Source of the DNA: an uncultured Desulfatitalea sp.
GTDB taxonomy: Bacteria; Desulfobacterota; Desulfobacteria; Desulfobacterales; Desulfosarcinaceae
Length of the DNA stretch: 64,000 bases
Direction of reading: 5' to 3'
Assembly: GCA_963668675.2 (NCBI GenBank)
Contig: CAXXMB010000001.1
Location: forward strand, 544,001 to 608,000
Shown: positions 30,587 through 40,481 of the stretch, piece by piece
Layout of the letters: every line of letters begins with the position of its first letter
Numbering within the stretch: the first letter of the stretch is position 1
Translations under genes and position numbers: made by a program
The notes under the pieces: model-generated
Database searches by the model: none
Told to the model about the DNA's origin: nothing
What the model saw: only the letters and a program-made list of their open reading frames with translations

Positions 30587-32785
30587 ATGACCGAATCGAA
30601 ATCGAAAAGTGGCCCCTCTTTGCTGCCATATCTGGAAAGCACCCGTGGGGGAATTCATATCGATATCCCCGCCATACGGATACCATCCCAAGCGCAAACC
30701 TCCGACTCCATCCCCATAGAATCCACAGGCCCATTCGCGATGGCTTATGAGGGCACCATTTCTACGGGAGCTGAGGCGGGTCTCGCAAATCTCTTTCTTC
30801 TGTTTCAGCCGGACAACTACCCGCCGGTATCGGCTGAGCTCGACCCGATGACCAATGTTCACGTGGAGCAATTGTGGCAGACAGCGTTCCAAAGGAGCAG
30901 TGTGCAGGCCGCCGGAACTTTCCAGTCGGCGTTGAGAGAGCAGGTCGACGACCAGGGCCGGCTTTTGCAACTGCGTCCCCTTTTTCACTGCACCCATCGA
31001 AATCGCTGGTGCCATCCGCTCTGTCCCCACTGCGGAGAGGGCTTGACCTTGTGCTGCGACGATCAGTTGCTCAAAGACGCGGGTTTGCCGGAATACACCA
31101 GTTCGCTGGATCGTTTTCTCTACTGCCCTTCCTGCGCTGCCGGACAAACGGACGGCGCCGTTTTCTATGCCCGCGAACTTCCAGGCACATCCACGGCGCA
31201 TGTACAAGATTGCAATCAATTGATGGAAGGGTTCAGCCGCCTGCTCGCAGGGAAAGGTGCGGCTGAAGAACTCCCTTGTGTGGGATGCGCTGAATCGACC
31301 AATTGTTACGGGCCCAAGACACTCGTTCTCGATCGCATGCGAGCGCTCTTTTTCTATCCTTTTCATCTGCTTTTTATGCCTTCGCCCTCGATGAATCTCA
31401 TAGAATTTTCGGCGTTGTTGTCCGGTCAAAAAAGGGAGGAGATCCTCGCGCGACTGCAACAACAGGCAAAACCCGGAAGGGCAGGGCACTTAAAGCAGAT
31501 GGGGGCTGATTTTTTCTCATCAGAAAACCTGCTTTTTAGGGAGGATGAACGCTGTTTTCTCGAGGTGCTCTATCTCAAGCTGACCCTTCTCGAAGATCTC
31601 TACGCGCTTATTCCTTTGGAAAAGGGTCAGATTTCAGAACCGGTGGGCAGAATGTCCCTTGAGAGTATCTGGGTGGATCTGCCAGTACGAAGCGCCCACC
31701 TTCCTCTTTTCTGGAATTTTTCACTGCGCTTGATCGATCCGGTCGGGCAACCGGACAGAACGATGTCAGGCAACATGGTGCCTTTGAGGCGCAAGCTCCA
31801 TTTCTTAGGAGCGGCTTGGTGTAATGTGCTGCTTACCGGCGGCGGCCAGGGCATGGCATCGATTCGGGCGGCGGTTGACAAACTGATTCAATATTCAGAC
31901 CTTATCCAACAGGCTGAGGCTGCCGGCCTGGAGGAGATCGATCCGGTCTTCAATCCACAACATCTTACGGCGGGTGCCAATGACGTCTCGATCGATCCTC
32001 AGTGGGCCGCTTTCTGGCGGCGCGCCCTGATGATGGGGGTTGAGATTGTTAAGGCGGGGTTCGATGCGGATCCGAAATGGTCGGAAGGTGACTTTCAACA
32101 TGAGCTTGGCATGCTCCGAAAAGAGATTCGCCAATCCCTTTTCAAAGCTGCGGCAACAGCTTTGCCTGCAGCGAAACCCGTCCACGCCGACAGCGACGGC
32201 GCCATCGCAGCCATCCTCAAATCGATGCTCAACAGCTGGCCGGCCGCAGATACCGCCGTTGAAGGTAAAACATCATTTTCGTCCAAGCTGTTGAAAGAGG
32301 AGGTCTCCTCGCCGGCGTCCAAGAATGAAGACGGTGATTATGTAGAGACGGTGATCCTTGGAAAGGAGGAGGTCCTGGAAGCCCGGACGGAGAGCACCAT
32401 GCAGCATCCACCGGATCCAATGGAGATGGAAGAGACGGTGGTCATGCGTGTTGCGGATAGCGCCCCCAAACCTGAGACTGAGAAAGATAACGCATCATTG
32501 GATGCCACAGTGGTGATCCAAAGCGACCCCGCCCGGAACGGTGCCTCCAACTGGACGACGGATATGGAGGAAACCGTGGTGATATCGGCATCGCCCAAAA
32601 AACAAACCCCTGATGAGGCGTTGGAAAAGACAGTGGTGCTGGGGGCACCAAAAGCCAGCGAAAGGTCGGGTTTTGGAGCCGATTCGGAAACACCGGCGCA
32701 GGATGCATCCTCGGATGCGGATGATCTGGAGAAGACCGTCATCATTCAATCCACTAAGACCAAAGGTAAAACGTCGAAATCATGA
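30587..32785 (+). CDS. T6SS-associated hypothetical protein: Cys-rich N-terminus, kinase-like middle, Thr-repeat tail
   Basis: 732-aa ORF heading the T6SS operon; HPLCPHCG, CPSC, CVGC motifs; six x[ED][EKA]TV[VI][ILM]-type repeats. Confidence 0.8.
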   Translation: MTESKSKSGPSLLPYLESTRGGIHIDIPAIRIPSQAQTSDSIPIESTGPFAMAYEGTISTGAEAGLANLFLLFQPDNYPPVSAELDPMTNVHVEQLWQTAFQRSSVQAAGTFQSALREQVDDQGRLLQLRPLFHCTHRNRWCHPLCPHCGEGLTLCCDDQLLKDAGLPEYTSSLDRFLYCPSCAAGQTDGAVFYARELPGTSTAHVQDCNQLMEGFSRLLAGKGAAEELPCVGCAESTNCYGPKTLVLDRMRALFFYPFHLLFMPSPSMNLIEFSALLSGQKREEILARLQQQAKPGRAGHLKQMGADFFSSENLLFREDERCFLEVLYLKLTLLEDLYALIPLEKGQISEPVGRMSLESIWVDLPVRSAHLPLFWNFSLRLIDPVGQPDRTMSGNMVPLRRKLHFLGAAWCNVLLTGGGQGMASIRAAVDKLIQYSDLIQQAEAAGLEEIDPVFNPQHLTAGANDVSIDPQWAAFWRRALMMGVEIVKAGFDADPKWSEGDFQHELGMLRKEIRQSLFKAAATALPAAKPVHADSDGAIAAILKSMLNSWPAADTAVEGKTSFSSKLLKEEVSSPASKNEDGDYVETVILGKEEVLEARTESTMQHPPDPMEMEETVVMRVADSAPKPETEKDNASLDATVVIQSDPARNGASNWTTDMEETVVISASPKKQTPDEALEKTVVLGAPKASERSGFGADSETPAQDASSDADDLEKTVIIQSTKTKGKTSKS

Positions 32786-33519
32786 TTGACCAGGGCCTTG
32801 TAAATCAGTTGACGGATGAGATTCGGGATATCTACGCCGCAGACCCGTCGGGAGCCGGCCAGGCCATCGACAGACACATCAAAGAGCGGTTGGCCGACAG
32901 GGGTGATGATGGCCGTGCCGTGGTGCAGCAGATGTTGGCAGGACTATTGCCGGATGCCAACCATTGCGATAGCGAAAGCAATGCCGCTGAAGACAAGGAG
33001 ATCCTGACAAGGGTCTTCGGCCTGTTACTGGGAAGAAAAGTGACCCCGGACGATCTCTCCTCTACGGAGCTGCTCGGGCGTCTGGCCAACTCCCTGAATA
33101 CCATCTTTGACACGTTGAATCAGCTGATCAGCGTAATCAACATGACCTTTTCAGCAGGAGACGACCAAGGTGAGCAGACCATCCGGCAGGTGATCGGATT
33201 TCACCTGGAGGGCGAAGATCAAACCCAATCACTGGAGGCTTACCTGGGGCAAATCAACCAGGCATTTCTCACTACCCAGGAGGCCTTCAAGAAGGCGGCT
33301 CGCACCAAAGTCGCCCAGATCTTGCAAGCCCTGGATCCGGAAAAACTGGCCGCCGAGCGTGGTGGCGGCCTTAAAATAGGTCCCATGCGCAAAGCGGAGG
33401 ATTTCGATATCCTGAGGGAGAAGATCAACCGAATCCAGCGCTGGTTCGATTCGGGACGCTTTATGGATGACTATTTGAGGGAGTTCGAGAGAAATTGCGA
33501 GTCACTTTCAACGAAGTAA
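32782..33519 (+). CDS. T6SS-associated protein resembling the TagH/Fha C-terminal domain, without an FHA domain
   Basis: ATGA-coupled to the previous gene; EQTIR, LDPEKL, RKAEDF, and FMDDYLREFERNCE pattern. Confidence 0.6.
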   Translation: MIDQGLVNQLTDEIRDIYAADPSGAGQAIDRHIKERLADRGDDGRAVVQQMLAGLLPDANHCDSESNAAEDKEILTRVFGLLLGRKVTPDDLSSTELLGRLANSLNTIFDTLNQLISVINMTFSAGDDQGEQTIRQVIGFHLEGEDQTQSLEAYLGQINQAFLTTQEAFKKAARTKVAQILQALDPEKLAAERGGGLKIGPMRKAEDFDILREKINRIQRWFDSGRFMDDYLREFERNCESLSTK

Positions 33520-33532
33520 GGAGGTTGTTCCG

Positions 33533-34057
33533 ATGACCTATAAAAAATCGATGTTTTTTGTGGTTGTGGTGTTGCTCCTGACAGCTTGCGCTTCGGCACC
33601 GCTGCCGCCCCCGGAGTGGACCTATGAAAAGGATGCCATCGAGATCCAATTGAAAGCAGATCCCAAACTCAATTTCGACGATGGTGTACCCCATACCCTG
33701 GTGCTATGCCTCTACCAGCTTCGGGATCCCAACACCTTCAATCAGCTCTCCGACGATACGGACGGCATCTACAAATTGCTGGAGTGTGGGCTTTTCGATG
33801 GCAGTGTGGCAACGGCCAAGCGCTTGATCGTGCATCCGGGGCAAGATACCAAGGTGACCCTGGATCGCGCCGAAGGAGCCAAGTACGTGGCCGTGGCGGC
33901 CGGTTACTATGTGCTGCAAAAGGAGCGCATGATCCGGTTGATCGATATCCCTGTTACCATCGAGACCAAGGGGTTGATCAAACGGACCAAGCTGTCGAAG
34001 CCTGGGCGCCTGACGATCGAGTTGGAGTTGGGGCCATCGCAAATCAAACAGAAGTGA
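33533..34057 (+). CDS. tssJ: T6SS lipoprotein TssJ
   Basis: Lipobox LTAC; ADPKLN, LYQLRDP, VHPGQ, YVAVAAGYY; directly upstream of tssK. Confidence 0.9.
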   Translation: MTYKKSMFFVVVVLLLTACASAPLPPPEWTYEKDAIEIQLKADPKLNFDDGVPHTLVLCLYQLRDPNTFNQLSDDTDGIYKLLECGLFDGSVATAKRLIVHPGQDTKVTLDRAEGAKYVAVAAGYYVLQKERMIRLIDIPVTIETKGLIKRTKLSKPGRLTIELELGPSQIKQK

Positions 34058-34150
34058 TCGGTAGATTGGGCTGCATGTCGAACTGATCTGGCTTGGCGCC
34101 GTTTGCAACCAAAGGCGGCAAGGGAAATAATAACCCGCCTCCAAGGAACA

Positions 34151-35539
34151 ATGATGGAAAAACCGCTATTCTGGCATCAAGGGCTTTTTCTGCAACCCCA
34201 ACACCTGCAGCTGACCAGCCGGTACCATGAGGCACTGAATGTGCCGTTGAAATCCTTCCTGCAGCCTCACTTTTGGGGGGTTGGTGACTATAGCGTACAG
34301 AGCGCCGCTCTTGCCAACCGCAGCTTTCATCTGGATGCCGGTCGTTTTCTCTTCCCCGACATGACTTATGTTGAGATTCCGGGTAACGCCGTTGTTATGC
34401 CGCGCTCGTTCGAGAAGGATTGGGATAAGGGCAGCCAGGCGTTTGGCGTCTATCTGGGACTGCGCAAATTCAACCCCAAAGAGCGCAATGTCACAGTCGT
34501 CTCCGATCCAAGCAATGTCTCCGATGTCAACACCCGATGGGTGACGGCCACAACGGCGGAAAAGGTGCCGGATCTTCATCTCGACGGGCCGGAGGCCGAT
34601 GTGCAGCGGTTGAGTTATGTCCTTAAACTCTTCTGGGAATCGGAACAGGAACAGCTCGGCGATTATGAATTGATACCGCTGGCAAGGCTGGAGAAAGATC
34701 AGGACCAGGTGCGTTTTTCCAGCCACTATATACCGCCATGCGTCTCGATCGGAGCTGACGAACGGCTTTTCGGCATTATCAAGGAGATTCGTGATCAGAT
34801 CGGTGCACGCAGCCGGCAGCTGGAGTCCTACAAGCGCGACCGGGGTCTCCATTCGGCTGAATTTGGTGCGCGGGATATGGTTTACCTGCTGGCCTTGCGA
34901 TCGCTGAACCGATATGCATCGCTGCTTGGGCACTACACTGCTGCGAAACATGGTCATCCCTGGACGGTTTTCGGGCTGCTGTGCCAGTTGATCGGGGAAT
35001 TGACCACCTTTTCCGGAGATATCGGGTACACCGGAGAGGATCGCGAGGGGCAGCGCTTGCTGTCCGAGTACGATCACCACGATCTCGGGGCCTGTTTCGG
35101 ATCTGCACTCGGGTTGATTACCCAACTGCTTGATCAGATCACGGCCGGACCGGAGCACATCATGCCCCTGCTCTACGACGGCACCTATTTCGGTACCGAA
35201 CTGCCCCCTGCCATTTTCGACGGCCGCAACCGGTTTTTTCTTGTGGTTGAGACCGAATCGGCCCCGCAGGAGGTATTGCCGGCCCTGGAGGGCATTGCAA
35301 AACTCGGGTGCCGCGAGTCGCTGCCCATTCTCATCGCCCGCTCCCTTTCAGGGGTCGGCCTCGACCATCTGGAAACACCGCCCCAGGAACTGCCCCGGCG
35401 TGGTCATGCGCTCTACTTCCAGATCGATCACCATAGCGACCAGTGGGCTCAGGTTCAAAAAAGCAAAAATTTGGCGCTATACTGGGATACGGCACCGGAA
35501 GATATGAAAGTTGAACTTATGGTCGTGGGAAGGAGTTAG
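34151..35539 (+). CDS. tssK: T6SS baseplate subunit TssK
   Basis: WHQGLFLQPQHLQ, YIPP, HPW, YDHHDL, PQELP. Confidence 0.93.
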   Translation: MMEKPLFWHQGLFLQPQHLQLTSRYHEALNVPLKSFLQPHFWGVGDYSVQSAALANRSFHLDAGRFLFPDMTYVEIPGNAVVMPRSFEKDWDKGSQAFGVYLGLRKFNPKERNVTVVSDPSNVSDVNTRWVTATTAEKVPDLHLDGPEADVQRLSYVLKLFWESEQEQLGDYELIPLARLEKDQDQVRFSSHYIPPCVSIGADERLFGIIKEIRDQIGARSRQLESYKRDRGLHSAEFGARDMVYLLALRSLNRYASLLGHYTAAKHGHPWTVFGLLCQLIGELTTFSGDIGYTGEDREGQRLLSEYDHHDLGACFGSALGLITQLLDQITAGPEHIMPLLYDGTYFGTELPPAIFDGRNRFFLVVETESAPQEVLPALEGIAKLGCRESLPILIARSLSGVGLDHLETPPQELPRRGHALYFQIDHHSDQWAQVQKSKNLALYWDTAPEDMKVELMVVGRS

Positions 35540-35546
35540 GATCGCC

Positions 35547-36224
35547 ATGCGTTTGTCCGACTGCTTTATGGAAATCATTGCATATGTCACCTTTGTCATC
35601 CGAAGCGCTGAAAGTTCACCCATCGCTTACGAACAGGTGCGCAGCAACATGCAACGGTTGATTGCAAAGAGTGAAGCGCATTTGGAGGGGGGGCAGTTCA
35701 CCCAAGAGGATTTCAACCTGGCCCGCTTTGCGGTCTTTGCGTGGGTGGACGAGAGCATTCTCTCATCGTCATGGGAGGGCAGATTGCAGTGGCAACGCGA
35801 ACAGCTGCAGCGGCAATACTATCAGACCGCCGATGCAGGAGAACTTTTCTTCGATCGGCTCAATGCCATCGGTCCCCACCAGCGAGATGTGCGTGAAGTC
35901 TACTTTCTCTGTCTGGCGCTGGGATTTGCCGGGCAGTATTGCAACGAGGGTGATGACTTTCTTCTTGAGCAGCTCAGAACTTCCAATCTTAAATTGCTGA
36001 TCGGAAGTTCGGTTGGCATCCCGAGTCTTGAAAAGGAAGATCTCTTCCCTTCGGCATACCCGCAGCAGAGAGCCGACGCGCCAGTTGAGATGCGAAAGGA
36101 GCGATGGTCACGTTTTACCCTTTTGTGTGCAGGTGCGCCCGTCGCTCTGTTCGGGGTTTTGTTCCTGATCTATAAATTTATTCTCGGCAGCATTGCGGGT
36201 AACCTCATTGGTACGGTGCAGTAG
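35547..36224 (+). CDS. tssL: T6SS membrane subunit TssL (DotU family)
   Basis: ARFAVFAWVDE, LQ...AGELFF, VYFLCLALGFAGQY; C-terminal TM, no OmpA domain. Confidence 0.93.
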   Translation: MRLSDCFMEIIAYVTFVIRSAESSPIAYEQVRSNMQRLIAKSEAHLEGGQFTQEDFNLARFAVFAWVDESILSSSWEGRLQWQREQLQRQYYQTADAGELFFDRLNAIGPHQRDVREVYFLCLALGFAGQYCNEGDDFLLEQLRTSNLKLLIGSSVGIPSLEKEDLFPSAYPQQRADAPVEMRKERWSRFTLLCAGAPVALFGVLFLIYKFILGSIAGNLIGTVQ

Positions 36225-39200
36225 ATGAAACAGATACTCAGAGTGGTTTTCAAAGGTTTTTTACTGCTGACCCTCCTGGCGTTGGTCATACTGCTGGTGT
36301 TCGGACTGGTGCTATGGATAGGGTGGTCCTGGTGGGTCGGTTTTTTTCTGCTGCTCGGATTGATCGGCCTGGTGCTGGGTGCCCTGGTCGTTCGCAAAGT
36401 GCTTGGGCGCCGGAGGGAACAGATGTTCGTTCACCAGGTGATTGCCCAGGACGAATCCATGCAAAAGAGCATGGCACCCGCCGAACAGGACACGGCCAAG
36501 GAACTTCAGGCGCGCTGGAAAGAGGCGATCGACGCCCTGCGCAAATCCCATCTGAGAAAATATGGCAATCCCCTCTACGTGCTGCCATGGTATATGGTCA
36601 TCGGTGAAAGCGGCTCCGGAAAAACAACTGCCATCAAGAGTGCGCGTCTCTCCTCACCGTTTGCCGAGGTAAGCCACACCTCCGGCATCTCCGGAACCCG
36701 CAATTGCGATTGGTGGTTTTTCGAGCAGGCCATCCTGCTCGATACGGCCGGAAGATATGCGCTGCCGGTGGACGAAGGCAAGGACAAGGAGGAGTGGCAG
36801 AAATTTCTGACCCTGCTGGCCAGATTTCGAAAAAGAGAGCCCCTCAACGGACTGGTGGTGACGGTCGCCGCCGACCGGCTGGCCCAGGGAACGGTCGAAG
36901 CCCTCCTGGAGGATGGCCGCAATATCCGACGGCGCATCGAGGAGCTGACGCGGGTACTGGGTGCCAAATCACCTGTCTACGTGATGGTGACCAAATGCGA
37001 TCTGATCCAGGGCGCCAGTCAATTCTGCAGTCAGTTGCCCGAAGATGCGCTGAACCAAGCCATGGGCTACCTGAATCAGGAGATGAGTTCAAACGCAAGC
37101 AACGTGATCGAAAAGACCATGCGCAGTGTGGGTGACCAGTTGCGCGATATGCGGCTCTTGCTGCTGCAGCGGATCAAGGACCGAAGTGCTGCAGCAGACA
37201 TGCTTCTGTTCCCCGAAGAGCTGGAGAACCTGAAGGAGAAGATCAACGCTTTCGTATCGAGCATCTTTCAGGAGAATCCCTATCAGGAGACACCTCTTTT
37301 AAGGGGAATCTACTTCAGTAGCGGGCGACAGGAGGGGACCCCCTTTTCACACTTTTTGAATGCCTTGGGACTGATTCAGGCGCCGGAGGTGTTGAAGGGC
37401 ACCAACATCGGGCTGTTTCTGCACGATGTGTTTGCCAAAATTCTGCCGGCCGATCGCCACTTGTTCAGGCCCACCCAGCACATGCAGGAGTGGCGTAAAC
37501 TGACCCGCAACATGGGGCTGACCGCGTGGATTGCATTCATGGTGGCCGTGTGTGGATTGCTCAGCTACTCGTTTGTAAAGAATCTCACCGCACTCTCCGA
37601 TGTGCGTAAAGAGTTCCAGAAGCCGGCGCTCCTCCAAGGGGAACTGCTGGCGGACGTGATCGTCATGGACCGCTTTCGTGAAGCGGTAGTCAAAGTGGAA
37701 GAGCAGAACCAAAGCTGGTGGATCCCCCGGCTAGGGCTTCGTGAAAGTCTTGAGGTCGAAGATGCGTTGAAGCAAAAGTACGTGGATCTCTTCCAAAAGG
37801 GGTTTCTCCAGCGGTTCGATAAAGCGATGAACGATCGTTTGACGCGATTCAGTCCAGAGACGCCCAGCGAGGTGTTCGGTGTCCACGTGACCCATCTGGT
37901 CCGCCGCATCAATCTTCTCAAAGCACGTATCGCTCAGCAGGAGCTATCGCAGTTGACTGCATTGGCTCAACCGGCCTATGCCTCCGCTGTCTTGGGGCGT
38001 GAGGAGATTATTCCTGAGATCCAACGAAAGATCGGCACCGACTATCTGTACGCCGTGGCCTGGGACCTTGATTCGAACCGCATCAACAATGAACTGACCG
38101 CTCTGCAGACCTGGTTGAAGCACCTGCTGACCATGGAGGGGGCAAATCTTAACTGGCTGGCTTCCTGGGTCAACCTCGATCCTTCCGTTGTCGGCGTTAC
38201 CCTCTATGATTTTTGGGGAGGAAGTGCAGAGGCTGAACAGGCGACCGTACCGGGGGCATTTACGCAGGAGGGAAAAGCCAAGATCGATAAGACCATTGCA
38301 GAGATCGAATCCGCACTGTTCGATCCGCTGATCATCGCAGCCCATAAGGTAACCTTTGCCGATTGGTATCAAAACAAATTCATCAAGTCGTGGCAGTCAT
38401 TTGCGTCCGAATTCGACCAGGGGCTCACACTGCTTAACGAACGGGAGCATTGGCAGGTGGTTGCCAAGCGTGTACCGACCGACAGCGGCCCCTACTTTGC
38501 GCTGATCGAGCGCGTGGTCGCCGAGTTTCAGTCCTTCGATCCGGAGGTGGCCATCCCCGATTGGGCCGGACTGGCCTATCTCTGGCAGGATATTCAGGAT
38601 GAAGCCCGCTCCTCACACGCACCGGATCTTCAGAAGGCGGGGATCATACGAAAGGCGACCCGCAAGGTGACCTCAAAGATAAAGAAGGCCGAGCGCGCTT
38701 TTGGCGTAAAGGTGAGGAAACCCTTGGACGCCAAGGCGCAGCTGGATGCCACCAAGGCGATGGGGGCCTATCTGACATCCCTGGACGACATGGCCAAAGC
38801 GACCCAATCCAGAAAGGTGGCTTTCGATATGATGACCGCCCTCTATCAGCAGGATGCCTCTACCGGGGATTCACCATTTCTGGTGGCCACCCGGGCTACT
38901 GAGGATATGCGGGCCATCATGACCGACACCCAGAACGAGAGCGAAGCGCTTTTCTGGAACCTTGTTCAGGGCAATGTCCGTTTCATGCAAACCTACGCCA
39001 ACCGTGAGACCTCATGCCATTTGCAGAGCCTCTGGGAAAAAGAGGTGCTGCTTGAGCTCCAGGATGTCAGTAAGGACACCAATATGGCACAGGTGATGAT
39101 GGGCAGCAACGGGTATGCCTCGCAATTCGTCAAAGGGCCGGCAGCCCCGTTTGTGGCACGTAGTTTGAGCAAAGGGTACTATGCCAAGAAAATTCTTGCG

Positions 39201-39713
39201 CAGGAGATTCCTTTCGAGGCCGATTTCCTGCCCTATCTGAGCAAAGGCGCCCACGCCGCCCGACCGACCAAAAGCAGCTATCGCGTAAAGGTCAGGGCGT
39301 ACCCCACCGACACGAACCGCAACGCCAAACTGCAACCCCACTCCACAGTACTGGAGATGCAGTGTGCTGATGACAGCACGCGGCTGGAAAACTTGAACTA
39401 TCCGGTTGCCAAGACGTTCGTTTGGTCGCCGGGCAACTGCGGTGACGTTCTTTTCCGGATTTCGATAGGCAATCTGGTGCTGACCAAAACCTATACCGGG
39501 CACCACGCATTCGCGAAATTCTTGCACGATTTCAAAACCGGCCAGCGAACTTTTAAACGTAGCGAGTTTCCCAGCGAAGAAGCGGCTTTAAGGCGCATGG
39601 GCGTCAGCTATATCAAGGCCAAATATCAATTCCAGGGACAAAAAGCGGTTCTGGGGTTGCTTTACAGCGCCCCCGGGGCACCACCGCGGAAAATTGCAGC
39701 ATGTTGGGACTAG
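36225..39713 (+). CDS. tssM: T6SS membrane subunit TssM (IcmF)
   Basis: N-terminal TMs, LPWYMVIGESGSGKTT, CDWWF, DTAGRY, PLNG, TKCDL, LRGIYFSS. Confidence 0.93.
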   Translation: MKQILRVVFKGFLLLTLLALVILLVFGLVLWIGWSWWVGFFLLLGLIGLVLGALVVRKVLGRRREQMFVHQVIAQDESMQKSMAPAEQDTAKELQARWKEAIDALRKSHLRKYGNPLYVLPWYMVIGESGSGKTTAIKSARLSSPFAEVSHTSGISGTRNCDWWFFEQAILLDTAGRYALPVDEGKDKEEWQKFLTLLARFRKREPLNGLVVTVAADRLAQGTVEALLEDGRNIRRRIEELTRVLGAKSPVYVMVTKCDLIQGASQFCSQLPEDALNQAMGYLNQEMSSNASNVIEKTMRSVGDQLRDMRLLLLQRIKDRSAAADMLLFPEELENLKEKINAFVSSIFQENPYQETPLLRGIYFSSGRQEGTPFSHFLNALGLIQAPEVLKGTNIGLFLHDVFAKILPADRHLFRPTQHMQEWRKLTRNMGLTAWIAFMVAVCGLLSYSFVKNLTALSDVRKEFQKPALLQGELLADVIVMDRFREAVVKVEEQNQSWWIPRLGLRESLEVEDALKQKYVDLFQKGFLQRFDKAMNDRLTRFSPETPSEVFGVHVTHLVRRINLLKARIAQQELSQLTALAQPAYASAVLGREEIIPEIQRKIGTDYLYAVAWDLDSNRINNELTALQTWLKHLLTMEGANLNWLASWVNLDPSVVGVTLYDFWGGSAEAEQATVPGAFTQEGKAKIDKTIAEIESALFDPLIIAAHKVTFADWYQNKFIKSWQSFASEFDQGLTLLNEREHWQVVAKRVPTDSGPYFALIERVVAEFQSFDPEVAIPDWAGLAYLWQDIQDEARSSHAPDLQKAGIIRKATRKVTSKIKKAERAFGVKVRKPLDAKAQLDATKAMGAYLTSLDDMAKATQSRKVAFDMMTALYQQDASTGDSPFLVATRATEDMRAIMTDTQNESEALFWNLVQGNVRFMQTYANRETSCHLQSLWEKEVLLELQDVSKDTNMAQVMMGSNGYASQFVKGPAAPFVARSLSKGYYAKKILAQEIPFEADFLPYLSKGAHAARPTKSSYRVKVRAYPTDTNRNAKLQPHSTVLEMQCADDSTRLENLNYPVAKTFVWSPGNCGDVLFRISIGNLVLTKTYTGHHAFAKFLHDFKTGQRTFKRSEFPSEEAALRRMGVSYIKAKYQFQGQKAVLGLLYSAPGAPPRKIAACWD

Positions 39714-40435
39714 GCCGACGAGGCAATATCTGGCGCTGGAAAGCGATTGGTAAACATCCGGCGGCAGCCGACTATATCAATGTCAATAGCGGTACGCCGA
39801 TGATGGACGCCATCGCCGAGTGGATGACCAAAGGGTATACTGGTTTGCCGGCCGGCCGGCCGCCGACGAGTGGTCCTTACTCCTGGCGCTTCTGGTTCAG
39901 GGGAGCAAAAAAGGGAACTCTGGTTTGCGGTGTCGGGCGCGACTCCAGCGACCGCATCGGACGACCCTACCCCCTTCTGATTGTTGGAGAGGGGCCACTG
40001 AAGGGATGGGAGAAGCAATGGACGACGCTTCCTCTCGTGTTGACCAAAATATGGACCCATATCGAACGGATGGCAGCTCATCGTTATGCGGATATCCATG
40101 AACTGGGCGAGTCGTTAAGCCAACTCCTGCCACCCCATATCGAATCGGATGTATCCGAAGCGGTTGGCAAAGCGAAGGCCGATACGATCGACCCGGAGAC
40201 GGTCGAACGGCATCTGCGCACCCTGAGAGAAGAGGGACGGGTATTGGTGCCATTGAACGACCGCGACGCGGCGGAACCCGAAATGGCCGCCGTGCATTGG
40301 CAAGGCGATCTTGGCGCCTGTTGCCCGGAAGTACCGAGGGCTGTTTTCCTTGGCGGCAACCCGCAGCGATCGTTCCTGGCCTTGATTCAGCAACCGCTTG
40401 CGATGACCGATTTCACCACTTTGTGGAGCGTTTGA
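39701..40435 (+). CDS. tagF: T6SS-associated TagF
   Basis: GKHPAAADY, WRF, SSDRIGRPYPL; directly after tssM. Confidence 0.88.
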   Translation: MLGLGRRGNIWRWKAIGKHPAAADYINVNSGTPMMDAIAEWMTKGYTGLPAGRPPTSGPYSWRFWFRGAKKGTLVCGVGRDSSDRIGRPYPLLIVGEGPLKGWEKQWTTLPLVLTKIWTHIERMAAHRYADIHELGESLSQLLPPHIESDVSEAVGKAKADTIDPETVERHLRTLREEGRVLVPLNDRDAAEPEMAAVHWQGDLGACCPEVPRAVFLGGNPQRSFLALIQQPLAMTDFTTLWSV

Positions 40436-40481
40436 ACCTTTTATTGGATACGACACACCAATTCATAAAGGCTATCTATTT

